Assembly: GCA_965215195.1 (NCBI GenBank)
Contig: CBDCDC010000001.1
Location: 544,001-608,000, forward strand
Reading direction: 5' to 3'
Source: Candidatus Latescibacterota bacterium
GTDB taxonomy: Bacteria > Latescibacterota > UBA2968 > UBA8231
DNA: 64,000 nt
Both the position numbers and the translations under genes were made by a program. Of the stretch, positions 17,678 to 26,788 are shown piece by piece. Below the pieces are notes generated by a model. That model was not told the DNA's origin. It saw nothing but the letters and a program-made list of their open reading frames with translations, and made no database searches. Position 1 is the stretch's first letter, and every line of letters begins with the position of its first letter.

Positions 17678-20600
17678 ATGCCGCAGCGATTGTTCCTTTT
17701 CCTTTTCCTCGTCCTCCCCGCCCAAGTCCTAGCGGCCGAGTTTGCCTGCGCGGCGTTGGAGTCGTCGGCGCGGCAGGTTGTGCAGACGCCGGACCACCTG
17801 AGTGCGTTGGTTATCTTTGCGCAGTTTGCAGATGAGGGTGCCGGCGACTCGGCTCCCTCGTGGGCCAACGACCTTTTCGACGCTGAGTTGCCCGGTAGTT
17901 TTGCCCACTTCTACCGCGAGATGTCGGGCGGGCGGCTCCACGTTGATGGCCAAGTGTTGCCTCGGCGCTATCGCTCTCGCAAAAGTGCCGAAGCCTATCT
18001 GGCCGAGCACCCGGGAAGCCTCGGACAATTCGGGCGCTTCAATTTGGAGGTCCTTACTGCGGCGGATGCAGATGTCGACTTAGGTCTCTTTGACAACGAC
18101 GGCCCCGACCAAGTGCCCAACTCCGGCGACGACGATGGGTACGTGGATATCGTCTTTATCAATCTGCAAACCGCGCCCCGCGACTTTTTTATTGGCGTGG
18201 CCACTGGCATCGCCAGCTTGGGGCTAGAAGCCGATTACATCAGCGGCGATCCGGCGGCCAGTGGCGGCTTTGTGCGGGTGCGGAGTCGCTTCACGGGTTT
18301 CGCTGGGACCACGCAGCGGGGCCACACCTTCAGGGTCACGGCCTCGACGATGTGCCACGAGTTCGCGCACGTGTTGGGGTTGCCCGATCTCTTCGATCAG
18401 ACAGCGTTGACCGTGGCCGAGTTGGATCCGGAAGACGATTCAGCGGGCATTGGCAAGTGGGGAATCATGGGCCGGGGGACGCTCGGTTGGGGCGGGGCAG
18501 ATGGCCCCAACGCATTTTCGGCTTGGCCGCTGGCCACCCTCGGTTGGGTCGAAGTGGTGGAAGTGCAAGGGAGCGTCGAGGGGCTGGAGATCGGAGAAAT
18601 TTTCAGCGACCGGAAGGCGTACAAAATTCCCCTGACCCAAGACGAGTACTTCCTGCTGGAACACCGGCGCACTGACGGCTCGTACTACAACCGCAATATC
18701 CCGCAAGACGGCCTACTCATCTGGCACATAGACGAACAGGCAGACAACGACGAGGAACGCCACAAACAGGTTGATTTGGTCTGCGCTGATGGGCTTTTTG
18801 CCCCCAACGGCGACCCCGATGTCGTGGAGGGACGGGACCATCTCGACTTTTGGGCGCGAGACGCGGCGTACTCCTCGGCGCACAACGGCAATGAAGGCGA
18901 CGCGACCGACCCGTTTGACGGCGTGCGCTTCCGCCGCTTTGCTTGGGACACGAATCCCGCTTTCAGTGGGCACACGGGCTTTGCGCGGAATTTGCCGTTG
19001 GGCGTGGCCATAGACAACATCCGCCCGCACGGCACCGCCATGGTCGTCGACGTGGTCCGGCAGCAACTCGTCGGCCACATTGTCGGCGACGAGACGTGGA
19101 CGGGCCGGGTGGATTTGGACGGGGACGTGGTCGTGGTGCCGGGCGCAACCCTGACCATTGACGCCGGTGCGGAGATCCGCTTTGCCCGCGGCGATGCGCA
19201 GGGCACGGGGTTTGATCCAGACCGCAGCGAGCTGATCGTCTATGGCGATCTCAAAATTGGGGAGGGCGCATCTTTTGCGTCGAGTTCGCCGCGCACTGGC
19301 CCCTTGGATTGGTCGGGCATTTACCTGCTCAACGGCCAAGCGGTCGATCCCGCGGCCATCGCGATTGAACACGCCCATCGCAGGGTCGTCGGCTTCCGCC
19401 TGCCCCCGGGGCGGACGCAGTGGCTGGACGAGTGGGCCGTGTACGCGGATTTGCTGGTGCCAGCCGGGTCCGAACTGCACATCGGCCCGAGCAGTGTGTC
19501 TTTTCCTCGCTTTGATCTCAGCCGGCGCGGCGCGTCCCCGGACTTCGCCGAACTGATCGTGGAGGGCGCGTTGACGATTGAGGGAGCGGCTGGACAGCGG
19601 GCGCAGCTAACCACCGATCCCGGCCCGGACAACGACGGCTTGTGGTACGGCATTCGCGTGTTGCCGGGGGCCCAAGTCGAGGTGCAGTACGCCGAGATAA
19701 CGCGCACGGCTTTTGCCTTTAGCGGCGAGATTGACGAAGAGACCAGCCTGGGTATCGCCGACTCTGCGGTGCGCGAAAGCGGCGGCAACGGCCTGCGGCT
19801 GACGCTCAATGGCCGAGCACAGGTAGATCGGAGCGAATTTACCACTATCGCCGGCCCGGCCGTGCTCGTCGCCGGCAGCGGGCAGCTCGCGCTACGGAAC
19901 ACCACTATTGAGGGCAACGGCCAAGAGGGGATCCTGCTCAACAACGCATCCTTAGAGGCCATCCGCGTCGCCGTAATCGACAACGGCCGCCTCGACCCGA
20001 ACGACCCGCGGGCTGGGGTGCGGGCCCTAGGTGGTCGCGGCCAGCGCATTGAGGTGTGGAAGTCGCAGATTGAGCAAAATACCTCACACGGCATGGATTT
20101 GGAGGCGTGGCTGGGCGAGGTGGAACTGCACGACAGCCGCATCGTCGGCAACCAAGGCGATGGCTTGCGTGCCGGGGGTGCGGCGCGCTTGGTCCTGGCG
20201 CAGGTGCTAGTTGAGCGCAACTTGCGCAGTGGTGCCGAAATCGCCGGATCGCTGGTGGAGATATGGAACTCAACGTTCCGAGCGCATGTTGCCGCGGGCC
20301 TGCGCTTGGGGTTGGGGGCGAGAGGCGTGATTGAGATGAGCGCGTTTGGCGGGGGAAGGGGTTTGGAGCTAGCCGGCGTGGAGTCGCTGGAGATTCGCGC
20401 CAGCGAGTTTGTCCGCGGGACGCCAGCGCTCCAATCCGTAGATTCTGCGCCGCATATCGTCGGCAACCGCTTTGCGGACAATACCGTGGCCATCCGGGTC
20501 GAAGGGCCAAAGGTGCCGACGGCAGTCCGCGGCAACACCTTTGCCAATAATTCCACGGCGATTGAGAACTTGAGCGCCGAGGAGTTGGACGCCCAAGACA

Positions 20601-20965
20601 ACTACTGGAGCGGGGCCGACAGCGCGGCTATTGCCGCGCAGATCAAAGGCGCGGTGGCGTGGGCGGCCAAGGCGGCGATCCTGCCCGCCGACTTTGCACT
20701 GCATCCGGCCTATCCCAATCCCTTCAACGCCGAGGTTGCGCTGTCGTTTGATCTGCCGAAGGCGGCCTCGGTCGCACTGGTGCTCTACGACGCGCTGGGA
20801 CGGCCCGTGCGCGATATAGTAGATGGGCAATTAGCGACTGGCCGCTATCAGTTCGTCTGGGATGGGCGCGACCGAGGCGGGCGGGCGGTGGCCTCGGGGA
20901 TTTACTTTTATCGCTTGGCGGCGGGTTCGTTTGTCGGGGTCGGTCGCTTGGCGTTGGTGCGCTGA
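17678..20965 (+). CDS. Secreted M6-family (immune inhibitor A-like) metalloprotease with beta-helix repeats and a C-terminal FlgD-Ig/T9SS-like domain
   Basis: Signal peptide; HEFAHVLGLPDL; parallel beta-helix repeats; YPNPFN...WDGRDRGGRAVASGIYFYRL. Confidence 0.85.
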   Translation: MPQRLFLFLFLVLPAQVLAAEFACAALESSARQVVQTPDHLSALVIFAQFADEGAGDSAPSWANDLFDAELPGSFAHFYREMSGGRLHVDGQVLPRRYRSRKSAEAYLAEHPGSLGQFGRFNLEVLTAADADVDLGLFDNDGPDQVPNSGDDDGYVDIVFINLQTAPRDFFIGVATGIASLGLEADYISGDPAASGGFVRVRSRFTGFAGTTQRGHTFRVTASTMCHEFAHVLGLPDLFDQTALTVAELDPEDDSAGIGKWGIMGRGTLGWGGADGPNAFSAWPLATLGWVEVVEVQGSVEGLEIGEIFSDRKAYKIPLTQDEYFLLEHRRTDGSYYNRNIPQDGLLIWHIDEQADNDEERHKQVDLVCADGLFAPNGDPDVVEGRDHLDFWARDAAYSSAHNGNEGDATDPFDGVRFRRFAWDTNPAFSGHTGFARNLPLGVAIDNIRPHGTAMVVDVVRQQLVGHIVGDETWTGRVDLDGDVVVVPGATLTIDAGAEIRFARGDAQGTGFDPDRSELIVYGDLKIGEGASFASSSPRTGPLDWSGIYLLNGQAVDPAAIAIEHAHRRVVGFRLPPGRTQWLDEWAVYADLLVPAGSELHIGPSSVSFPRFDLSRRGASPDFAELIVEGALTIEGAAGQRAQLTTDPGPDNDGLWYGIRVLPGAQVEVQYAEITRTAFAFSGEIDEETSLGIADSAVRESGGNGLRLTLNGRAQVDRSEFTTIAGPAVLVAGSGQLALRNTTIEGNGQEGILLNNASLEAIRVAVIDNGRLDPNDPRAGVRALGGRGQRIEVWKSQIEQNTSHGMDLEAWLGEVELHDSRIVGNQGDGLRAGGAARLVLAQVLVERNLRSGAEIAGSLVEIWNSTFRAHVAAGLRLGLGARGVIEMSAFGGGRGLELAGVESLEIRASEFVRGTPALQSVDSAPHIVGNRFADNTVAIRVEGPKVPTAVRGNTFANNSTAIENLSAEELDAQDNYWSGADSAAIAAQIKGAVAWAAKAAILPADFALHPAYPNPFNAEVALSFDLPKAASVALVLYDALGRPVRDIVDGQLATGRYQFVWDGRDRGGRAVASGIYFYRLAAGSFVGVGRLALVR

Positions 20966-20969
20966 GAGG

Positions 20970-21229
20970 TGTGCGTTTGCCAAGCGGGCACGTGAGCTGA
21001 AGAGCTTGCCGTGGTTGGGTACGCGCAGGTGCATCAGCTCGTGGACCATGACGAAGTCTTGGAAGCCTAAGTCCTGATCGGCGAGGGTGATGACGCCCGC
21101 AGCCGAACACGAGCCCCACTTGCGCGTCATGCGCTGCACGCGCACCTGCCGCGGCTGGACGTTCAGCCGCCGCGCCCAAGAGGCGACGCGCTCGCGCATG
21201 ACCTCGCGCTGTTCGTCAGGCGTCCGCAT
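20970..21229 (-). pseudogene. Short M48/YgjP-like metallopeptidase following hsdR, probably frameshifted at the C-terminus
   Basis: RMTRKWGSCS and VHELMHLRVPNHGKLF; the expected tail AHVPAW is in another frame. Confidence 0.7.
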
Positions 21230-24152
21230 CGGCGCATACTCCCAAAATGCCGAGGATGCGTTTTACGACGCGGCTCCGCTCGTCCTTTTGCAGTCGCAGC
21301 AGTGGAACGTAGAGGGCCGTGCGCAGCCGTCGTTGCTCATCGGCGTTGACGGCCGCGTTGGGGAAGCGGTCGAGCAGCATTTCCGCTCGCTGCGCCAACT
21401 CCAAGGTGTCGATGCCAGCGATCTTCAGCTTGGCGTCGTCCTTCAGCACCCAATGGACGGCGAACGTGCGCGGCGATAGCCCGCTGTCCCGTGCGGCCCG
21501 GATGGCTGCATCCTTTTCCGCGGCGAGGTCAGCCAAGCGATTCATGGCCGCTAGCCCGGTCGTCTGGCGATTTTCCAGTTCCTTCAGGATGCTTTCGGCG
21601 CGTTCCTTTAAGGGGAGCAGTGCCGGCTCTTTGTCTGGGCTGCTCTCGACTTCCTGCCGGAGGCCGCGCACGAGGTTGAACACCTTGGTCTCCTGCAAGC
21701 CCGGCTCGCTTTGCAGCGTTTTAAGGGTGGCCACGTCAAACGTCGCGGTCTTCGTCAGACGGCCGAGTCCTTCTTGAGTAGCATTCTCTTGTACCAGAAA
21801 CCGCGTTTTGTTAGCCAAGTCCGCCGCGTAGTTGGTTCCGCTAGCATAGGCGTTGCACACGGTCTCGTAGAGCCGCGCCAGCCGCCCGAAGGTCTTGATG
21901 TGGTCGCGTAGCTCTGGCGAGGGCGACAGGATTTCCCAAAGTGCTTCGATCTCCTTGTAGGCTTCAAAGAACTCCTTGCGCTGCTCTGGTGCTAGAAAAC
22001 GCCCGTAGACGAGCTTCTCCAGTCGTTCATCTGCACCATCGTTTTTCCCACCGGCGAGGTAGGTAGCTGCTGCTCGTCCGAGCTTGTCGAGCAAGTCGCT
22101 TAGCAGAAGATCAAGGTCCTCAACTGCGCCTCTGATGTCGGACGAGTCGAACTGCAATGCCTTTTTCAGTTCGCGCAGTACGCCGACAAAATCGACGACG
22201 AGGCCGATGCGCTTGCGCGTACCGCAAGGGCGGTTCACCCGTGCGATAGCCTGTAGGAGCACGTGATCGCGCATGGGCTTGTCGAGATACAGGCAGTAGA
22301 GGAGCGGCGCGTCGTAGCCGGTTAGCAGTTTGTCAGTGACGATGAGGATCTTCGGATGCGCATCCGCCTTTTTGAACATCAAGCGTACGTCCGCCTCGCG
22401 CTCTGGCGAAAGCTGGTACTCCGCAACGAGCGGGCGATTGACGATGTCGGCGGCGTTCTCGGTATAGACCGGTGCAGTCCATGCGGGCGGCAGGAGTTTG
22501 TCGAGCTCCCGCTTGTACTGGGCGCAGGCTTCGCGGTTTACGCCGACGAGGAACGCCTTGTAATGGAGCGGTGCCACGTTCTCGCGGAAATGCGCGGCGA
22601 CGAACGCGGCAACTTTTTCGATGCGGTCGTCAGCGGTGAGGAAGGTCCGCAGGCCGACGGCGCGGTCGAGGACCTTATTGAGCTCGTCGACATCGGTGAC
22701 GCCCTCCATCGCGGCGAGGGCGAAGAATTCCCGGTTGAGCCGCTCTGCCGGCACTGTCATCTCGCTCGGGGCCATGGTGTGGCGGATCGGCAGTGTGGTC
22801 TCGTCCGCAATCGACTCGGCGATGGAGTACTTGTCGAGGTAGCCTAGCTCGTCGTTGGTGCCGAATATCTTGAAGGTGCCTTCTCCGGACGCGGTCCGGT
22901 CGATCGGCGTGCCGGTGAAGCCGATGATCGTCGCGTTGGGCACGGCCGCCATCAGATAGGTGCCGAGTTCCTTGGCGACCGAGCGGTGCGCCTCGTCGAT
23001 GAACACGTACACATTGTCGCGGGTACTGGCGTCTCTCTCTATCCCCTCAAACTTGTGGATCATGGACAGGATCAGACCGCGCTTGTCGGTTTTGAGCATA
23101 TCTCGCAGCGCGGCCTTAGAGTCTGCGCGCCATACCGCGATGTCCTGCTGCTGCATCTCGCCGAGTAGGCGCTCAACCCAACCCTTGAGTTGCCCTTCGA
23201 GTTCCGTCCGATCTACTACTACGACCACTGTCGGCGTGCGGAACTCATCCTTGCGTTCCAATATCAGACGAGCGGCCGTGAGCAGCGTAAAGGTCTTGCC
23301 GGAGCCTTGGGTGTGCCAGATGAGTCCGCGCTGTTTTGCCGGCTCAGCGCAGCGCTCGACGATGCGCTTGACCGCCCGGCGCTGGTGCTGGCGCAGCACG
23401 GACTTCCGCGTCTCTCCGTCTTCGACGTAGAACAGGATCCAGTCGCGTAGCGTGCGCAGGAAATCGGTCGGCTCGAAGAAAGACTGGACCGCAAAGCGGT
23501 AGGTTTCCTCTGGCCGCTCCTTCCAACGCGCCATAAACCGGCGCGAGGCGTTCCAAGTGACACCATACCAATAGTCGAGGAGGTGCGTAACGTTGAAGAG
23601 CTGCGCCGCCCCCATCAGTTCCGGCGTCTCCTTTTCGTAGCGTCGCAACTGGGTGACGCCCCGCTCAATGGCGTCGGCGTCTTTTGGGTTCTTGTGCTCG
23701 ACGATGGCGACCGGCACGCCGTTGACGACAAACATCACGTCCGCCCGGTTGCCCTTGTGCGCTGGCGGCTTGAGCTTCCATTCCCAAGTGACGTGGAAGA
23801 TGTTGGTGCTGGGCGCATCGAAGTTGATGAGCTGGACGGGTCGAGATCGCTTTTCGGCCTCGTCGTACCACTGCCGCTCCCCGCGCAGCCAAGCGAGCAT
23901 CTCGCGGTTGCCCTCAATCGTCGGTGGGATCGCTTCGAGTCGCTCGACGATGGCGCGGATGGAATCGTCCGCCAGCGAGGGATTGAACTGGCGGATTGCT
24001 CCTTCAAGCTCATCGCGGAATAGCATTCCGGCCTCGCCGCCGCGCTTTTGCAGGGCGTCTCGTGGGGAGAGTGGCGTCCAGCCGATTTCGGCCGCATGGC
24101 GGACCATGGGGAATTGGACGGTGGTGGCTTCGCTGATGTTGAGAGTGGTCAT
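21216..24152 (-). CDS. hsdR: Type I restriction enzyme R subunit
   Basis: [19 protein letters not shown] nuclease motif; [36 protein letters not shown]. Confidence 0.93.
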   Translation of the reverse strand: MTTLNISEATTVQFPMVRHAAEIGWTPLSPRDALQKRGGEAGMLFRDELEGAIRQFNPSLADDSIRAIVERLEAIPPTIEGNREMLAWLRGERQWYDEAEKRSRPVQLINFDAPSTNIFHVTWEWKLKPPAHKGNRADVMFVVNGVPVAIVEHKNPKDADAIERGVTQLRRYEKETPELMGAAQLFNVTHLLDYWYGVTWNASRRFMARWKERPEETYRFAVQSFFEPTDFLRTLRDWILFYVEDGETRKSVLRQHQRRAVKRIVERCAEPAKQRGLIWHTQGSGKTFTLLTAARLILERKDEFRTPTVVVVVDRTELEGQLKGWVERLLGEMQQQDIAVWRADSKAALRDMLKTDKRGLILSMIHKFEGIERDASTRDNVYVFIDEAHRSVAKELGTYLMAAVPNATIIGFTGTPIDRTASGEGTFKIFGTNDELGYLDKYSIAESIADETTLPIRHTMAPSEMTVPAERLNREFFALAAMEGVTDVDELNKVLDRAVGLRTFLTADDRIEKVAAFVAAHFRENVAPLHYKAFLVGVNREACAQYKRELDKLLPPAWTAPVYTENAADIVNRPLVAEYQLSPEREADVRLMFKKADAHPKILIVTDKLLTGYDAPLLYCLYLDKPMRDHVLLQAIARVNRPCGTRKRIGLVVDFVGVLRELKKALQFDSSDIRGAVEDLDLLLSDLLDKLGRAAATYLAGGKNDGADERLEKLVYGRFLAPEQRKEFFEAYKEIEALWEILSPSPELRDHIKTFGRLARLYETVCNAYASGTNYAADLANKTRFLVQENATQEGLGRLTKTATFDVATLKTLQSEPGLQETKVFNLVRGLRQEVESSPDKEPALLPLKERAESILKELENRQTTGLAAMNRLADLAAEKDAAIRAARDSGLSPRTFAVHWVLKDDAKLKIAGIDTLELAQRAEMLLDRFPNAAVNADEQRRLRTALYVPLLRLQKDERSRVVKRILGILGVCADADA

Positions 24153-24256
24153 GCCGGGCTCCCGTTGGCCAATGCGCGGGCGGCGACAGAGTGCGGTCGC
24201 GCTTCATTTCTTGCTATTGATATGACATGATATGACAGACATTTGGCCGTAGGATG

Positions 24257-24384
24257 TTCGCTGCTCAATTCTTCGATGGTGCGCTCGCTGACGTGCTGGC
24301 CGCCCACGTCGTCCTTTGGCATCACGCTGAACAGGGGTTGAGCATGGCGTACACCGTCTTGGCTGCCTCGCGGCGCGTCCGGGC
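24257..24384 (-). pseudogene. AlbA_2 (Schlafen-like) domain remnant, downstream fragment
   Basis: Reads TRREAAKTVYAMLN and, after a frameshift, LFSVMPKDDVGGQHVSERTIEELSSE, matching the AlbA_2 pattern ...VCAMLN..GG.VLFGV...G..VG. Confidence 0.55.
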
Positions 24385-24404
24385 GGAACCCGTGTCTAGC
24401 CAAT

Positions 24405-24434
24405 TTGACACGCATTGTTATTAAGTGGTAAATT
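24405..24434 (+). promoter_or_regulatory. Sigma70-like promoter for the structured RNA
   Basis: TTGACA-18 bp-TAAATT with an extended TG; no plausible + strand ORF downstream. Confidence 0.65.
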
Positions 24435-24440
24435 CATCCC

Positions 24441-24518
24441 TAGATTGAAGTCCCCCCCTGATGATAAGGGCCCAAGGGGCCCTCTCCGGTGACGGGGTAG
24501 TCAGGGGGGGCATTTTTT
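24441..24518 (+). ncRNA. Putative DUF3800-associated three-way-junction RNA
   Basis: P1 ccccccctga/tcaggggggg (24452-61/24501-10), P2 agggccc/gggccct, P3 ctccg-GTGA-cgggg (GNRA loop), then T6. Confidence 0.7.
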
Positions 24519-24520
24519 GT

Positions 24521-25168
24521 CTACCTACTGCGGAAGATATCGAATTCGCTGCGGACCGCCGCCCGAATTCGGTCAAAGTAGGTCGTTTCTCCCCGTTCCC
24601 ACTTGCGGAACATCGCCCAGCAGCAATAGTCTGCTAGCTGCAAGCCGTAGTGTGAGCACGATGAGTGGTGGAAGGTTCGGAGCCTTGTGCCGATGGGGAG
24701 CATTCGCGCCAACGTATGCCGCACTACGATCTCCGCCGCGAGTCGCTTGCCGGTGAACGGCAGGGTGTCTGTGATGGCGATGAACTCCTTGGCACCTCTA
24801 TCGACTTCCTTGCGAACGACAAACCTGAGAAGATAGCCCAACATTCTCGGATAAAGATGACTTCCTTGCCGCAAAGAAAGCACTGCTTTGCGTTTCTCGA
24901 CCACTATGCAGTCAATGCGAATCTCGTGGAGATGAGCGGCAACTAAGTCGAAGACTCGCCCGCGCACGTGTCGGTTGTCATTCGCGCAGTGAAACGACTC
25001 CAAGTTCAGTCCGAATTCGAGGCACTCGTGCCGGTACTCATCAAGTAGTCCCGTCACAGGAAACGGCCGCCGGAGGCTGACGCTGGTCAAGACGAAGTAG
25101 CGGGAACCACTCGCACTGAAGTCGAAGTTTCCAGACTCGTCGAGGAAGATGTAGGCGTAGTTGGTCAC
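24521..25168 (-). CDS. DUF3800 (QLAD) family protein, RNase H-like
   Basis: YIFLDESGN, YFVLTSV, GLQLADYCCWA; probable GTG start after AAAGGAAG. Confidence 0.85.
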   Translation of the reverse strand: MTNYAYIFLDESGNFDFSASGSRYFVLTSVSLRRPFPVTGLLDEYRHECLEFGLNLESFHCANDNRHVRGRVFDLVAAHLHEIRIDCIVVEKRKAVLSLRQGSHLYPRMLGYLLRFVVRKEVDRGAKEFIAITDTLPFTGKRLAAEIVVRHTLARMLPIGTRLRTFHHSSCSHYGLQLADYCCWAMFRKWERGETTYFDRIRAAVRSEFDIFRSR

Positions 25169-25265
25169 CGCATAGCTTCCTTTAAGCATCTGCTTGTAGG
25201 GCCGGTAGCGTCGCCAGCGAGATCTGCCGAAGTCTGGAGTTGGGTAGGCCGACCAAGATTGCCAT

Positions 25266-25325
25266 CTAGTCCAGCGTCCTGGATTCGCCGGACGCGGCCA
25301 GCACTGCGATTCGGTCGATGGTCAT
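25266..25325 (-). pseudogene. AlbA_2 gene N-terminal remnant
   Basis: MTIDRIAVLAASGESRTLD* matches the AlbA_2 start ...GES.TLEFK; begins 18 bp after the upstream TIR gene. Confidence 0.5.
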
Positions 25326-25343
25326 GAGCGGGTCCCGCTTACT

Positions 25344-25943
25344 CTAGGAATTGGCTCGCCTCATCTGCCTTCTTAAGTCATACTCGCATCGGGCACGATC
25401 CCTGAATGCTACCTCAACGAGATATTCAAGAGTCACTTCGTTAATTCTGCTCCATGGTATGACAGAAATTATAGCCTCAGGCTTCAGAAGATTGTCGATG
25501 AGGCGATCTGGCATGTAGGGATAGCGATGTTCGTACTCGGCTCTGGACTCGAATGATACCCATGATGTGACATCTGGATAGAGAGCCTTCTCCGACTGTC
25601 CGTGCGCGACGTGAATGGGGCCATAATCTGTCGGTGGCAGCATGATCACCAAGAGCCCTGATTTCTTATTGACTCTCCCATCGTACATACTCGAATATAT
25701 CTCCCAGTCCACGTGCTTCCTGCGTCTCGTTTCGGTTCCGACCAAGACGATCGTAACAGTGGAATCTTTCAAGTATTCGTCTCTGATTATCTCGCGAATA
25801 TCTTGGTCGCTAAGGTGATCGGGGATGTCGCCCGTGTCGACGGACCGATCAATGAAGATTGAATACTGGTAGCCTACCCTCACCAAATAATCTTTGTACC
25901 ACTGATCGTTCTCATGGTGATAGCTAATGAAAACCTTGTGCAT
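25344..25943 (-). CDS. ThsB-like TIR protein (MTH538/DUF1863 type)
   Basis: HKVFISYHH, YLKDSTVTIVLVG, HVDWEI (catalytic Glu). Confidence 0.85.
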   Translation of the reverse strand: MHKVFISYHHENDQWYKDYLVRVGYQYSIFIDRSVDTGDIPDHLSDQDIREIIRDEYLKDSTVTIVLVGTETRRRKHVDWEIYSSMYDGRVNKKSGLLVIMLPPTDYGPIHVAHGQSEKALYPDVTSWVSFESRAEYEHRYPYMPDRLIDNLLKPEAIISVIPWSRINEVTLEYLVEVAFRDRARCEYDLRRQMRRANS

Positions 25944-25945
25944 TT

Positions 25946-26788
25946 CTATTCGCCTTTCTGACCTGAGACGTCGTGAATGCCGCCGCGCAGACGATGAAGC
26001 CCCAACATAACCAGAGTCACGGCTTGGTCTATATGTGGCGTACGGGCAAGAACTTCGTTTTCCTCAACCGATAGCCCGTTGTGCAAATTGTTCGCCGTGT
26101 AGTTTCGGAATTGGCCACGTTCAGGCCAAACCAGACGGGAGCCTGCCCAAGGTTCGACAAGTCCAAGAGTCTCGCAAATGTCCCTCGTGCAGCCCCCGAA
26201 GCCGCCGAGCAAAAATACCGGCTGCTGCGACTGAAGAGACAGAAGCATTTCCTCGGCGATGCCCGGCATGCATCCCTCGTAGCCATCCACTCTCCCACCA
26301 AGTACAATGTGCGCTTGGGTTTCCTGTCGCATCACCGCCCGCATCCTCGTTAGCCCTTCAGCCCACTCGTCATCATCTGGTTCATGCGTCGGAAGTACCA
26401 GCCGTTGCTCGTGATCCAATTGACTACCATCTCGTGCAAGAAAGACGAGGTGCGTAGATTTTTCGTGTCCGGCGGAGAACGCAGCCAGCTCTTCTGCCGT
26501 CATCCGAATATGCACGGGCCATGCCAAGTAGTTGGTCACGGTGATCTTTCCGCTATGGCGCGGGTGATCCTGATACCGCATGAGCAGTTCGAACAACAAT
26601 TCGGTAAAGCCATGTGCGCGTAGATCGCCTCCATAAGCCAAACTCATTCCTGATGAAAGCAAATGCAATGCGATCTCGGCCATTGCATCTTGCAGGTGCC
26701 CATCGCTTAATCCGAGTACGGTCATGTCCGGGCTTTCAGATATCGAAATGGCTACACTTGGCGTCGTCTGGGCCTTCTGAAGTCTCAT
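25946..26788 (-). CDS. Stand-alone SLOG-family nucleotide-binding protein (LD cluster 2-like)
   Basis: VAISISESPD, LAYGGDLR, LTRMR, VLGGR, GCMPGIAEE, PVFLLGGFGG. Confidence 0.8.
   Translation of the reverse strand: MRLQKAQTTPSVAISISESPDMTVLGLSDGHLQDAMAEIALHLLSSGMSLAYGGDLRAHGFTELLFELLMRYQDHPRHSGKITVTNYLAWPVHIRMTAEELAAFSAGHEKSTHLVFLARDGSQLDHEQRLVLPTHEPDDDEWAEGLTRMRAVMRQETQAHIVLGGRVDGYEGCMPGIAEEMLLSLQSQQPVFLLGGFGGCTRDICETLGLVEPWAGSRLVWPERGQFRNYTANNLHNGLSVEENEVLARTPHIDQAVTLVMLGLHRLRGGIHDVSGQKGE

Noticed and set aside
19321-20601. Long antisense ORFs (e.g. 19321-20601, 157-1122, 49734-50852, 54724-55842, 62181-63314)
   Set aside because: Shadow ORFs opposite well-supported genes in GC-rich DNA, with no recognisable motifs
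24149-24415. 88-aa ORF upstream of hsdR as a real gene
   Set aside because: Appears to be a chimera of promoter sequence and AlbA_2 pseudogene fragments
24458-24500. CTGATGA suggesting a hammerhead ribozyme in the DUF3800-linked RNA
   Set aside because: No GAAA follows the next stem, and CTGA is part of the closing helix
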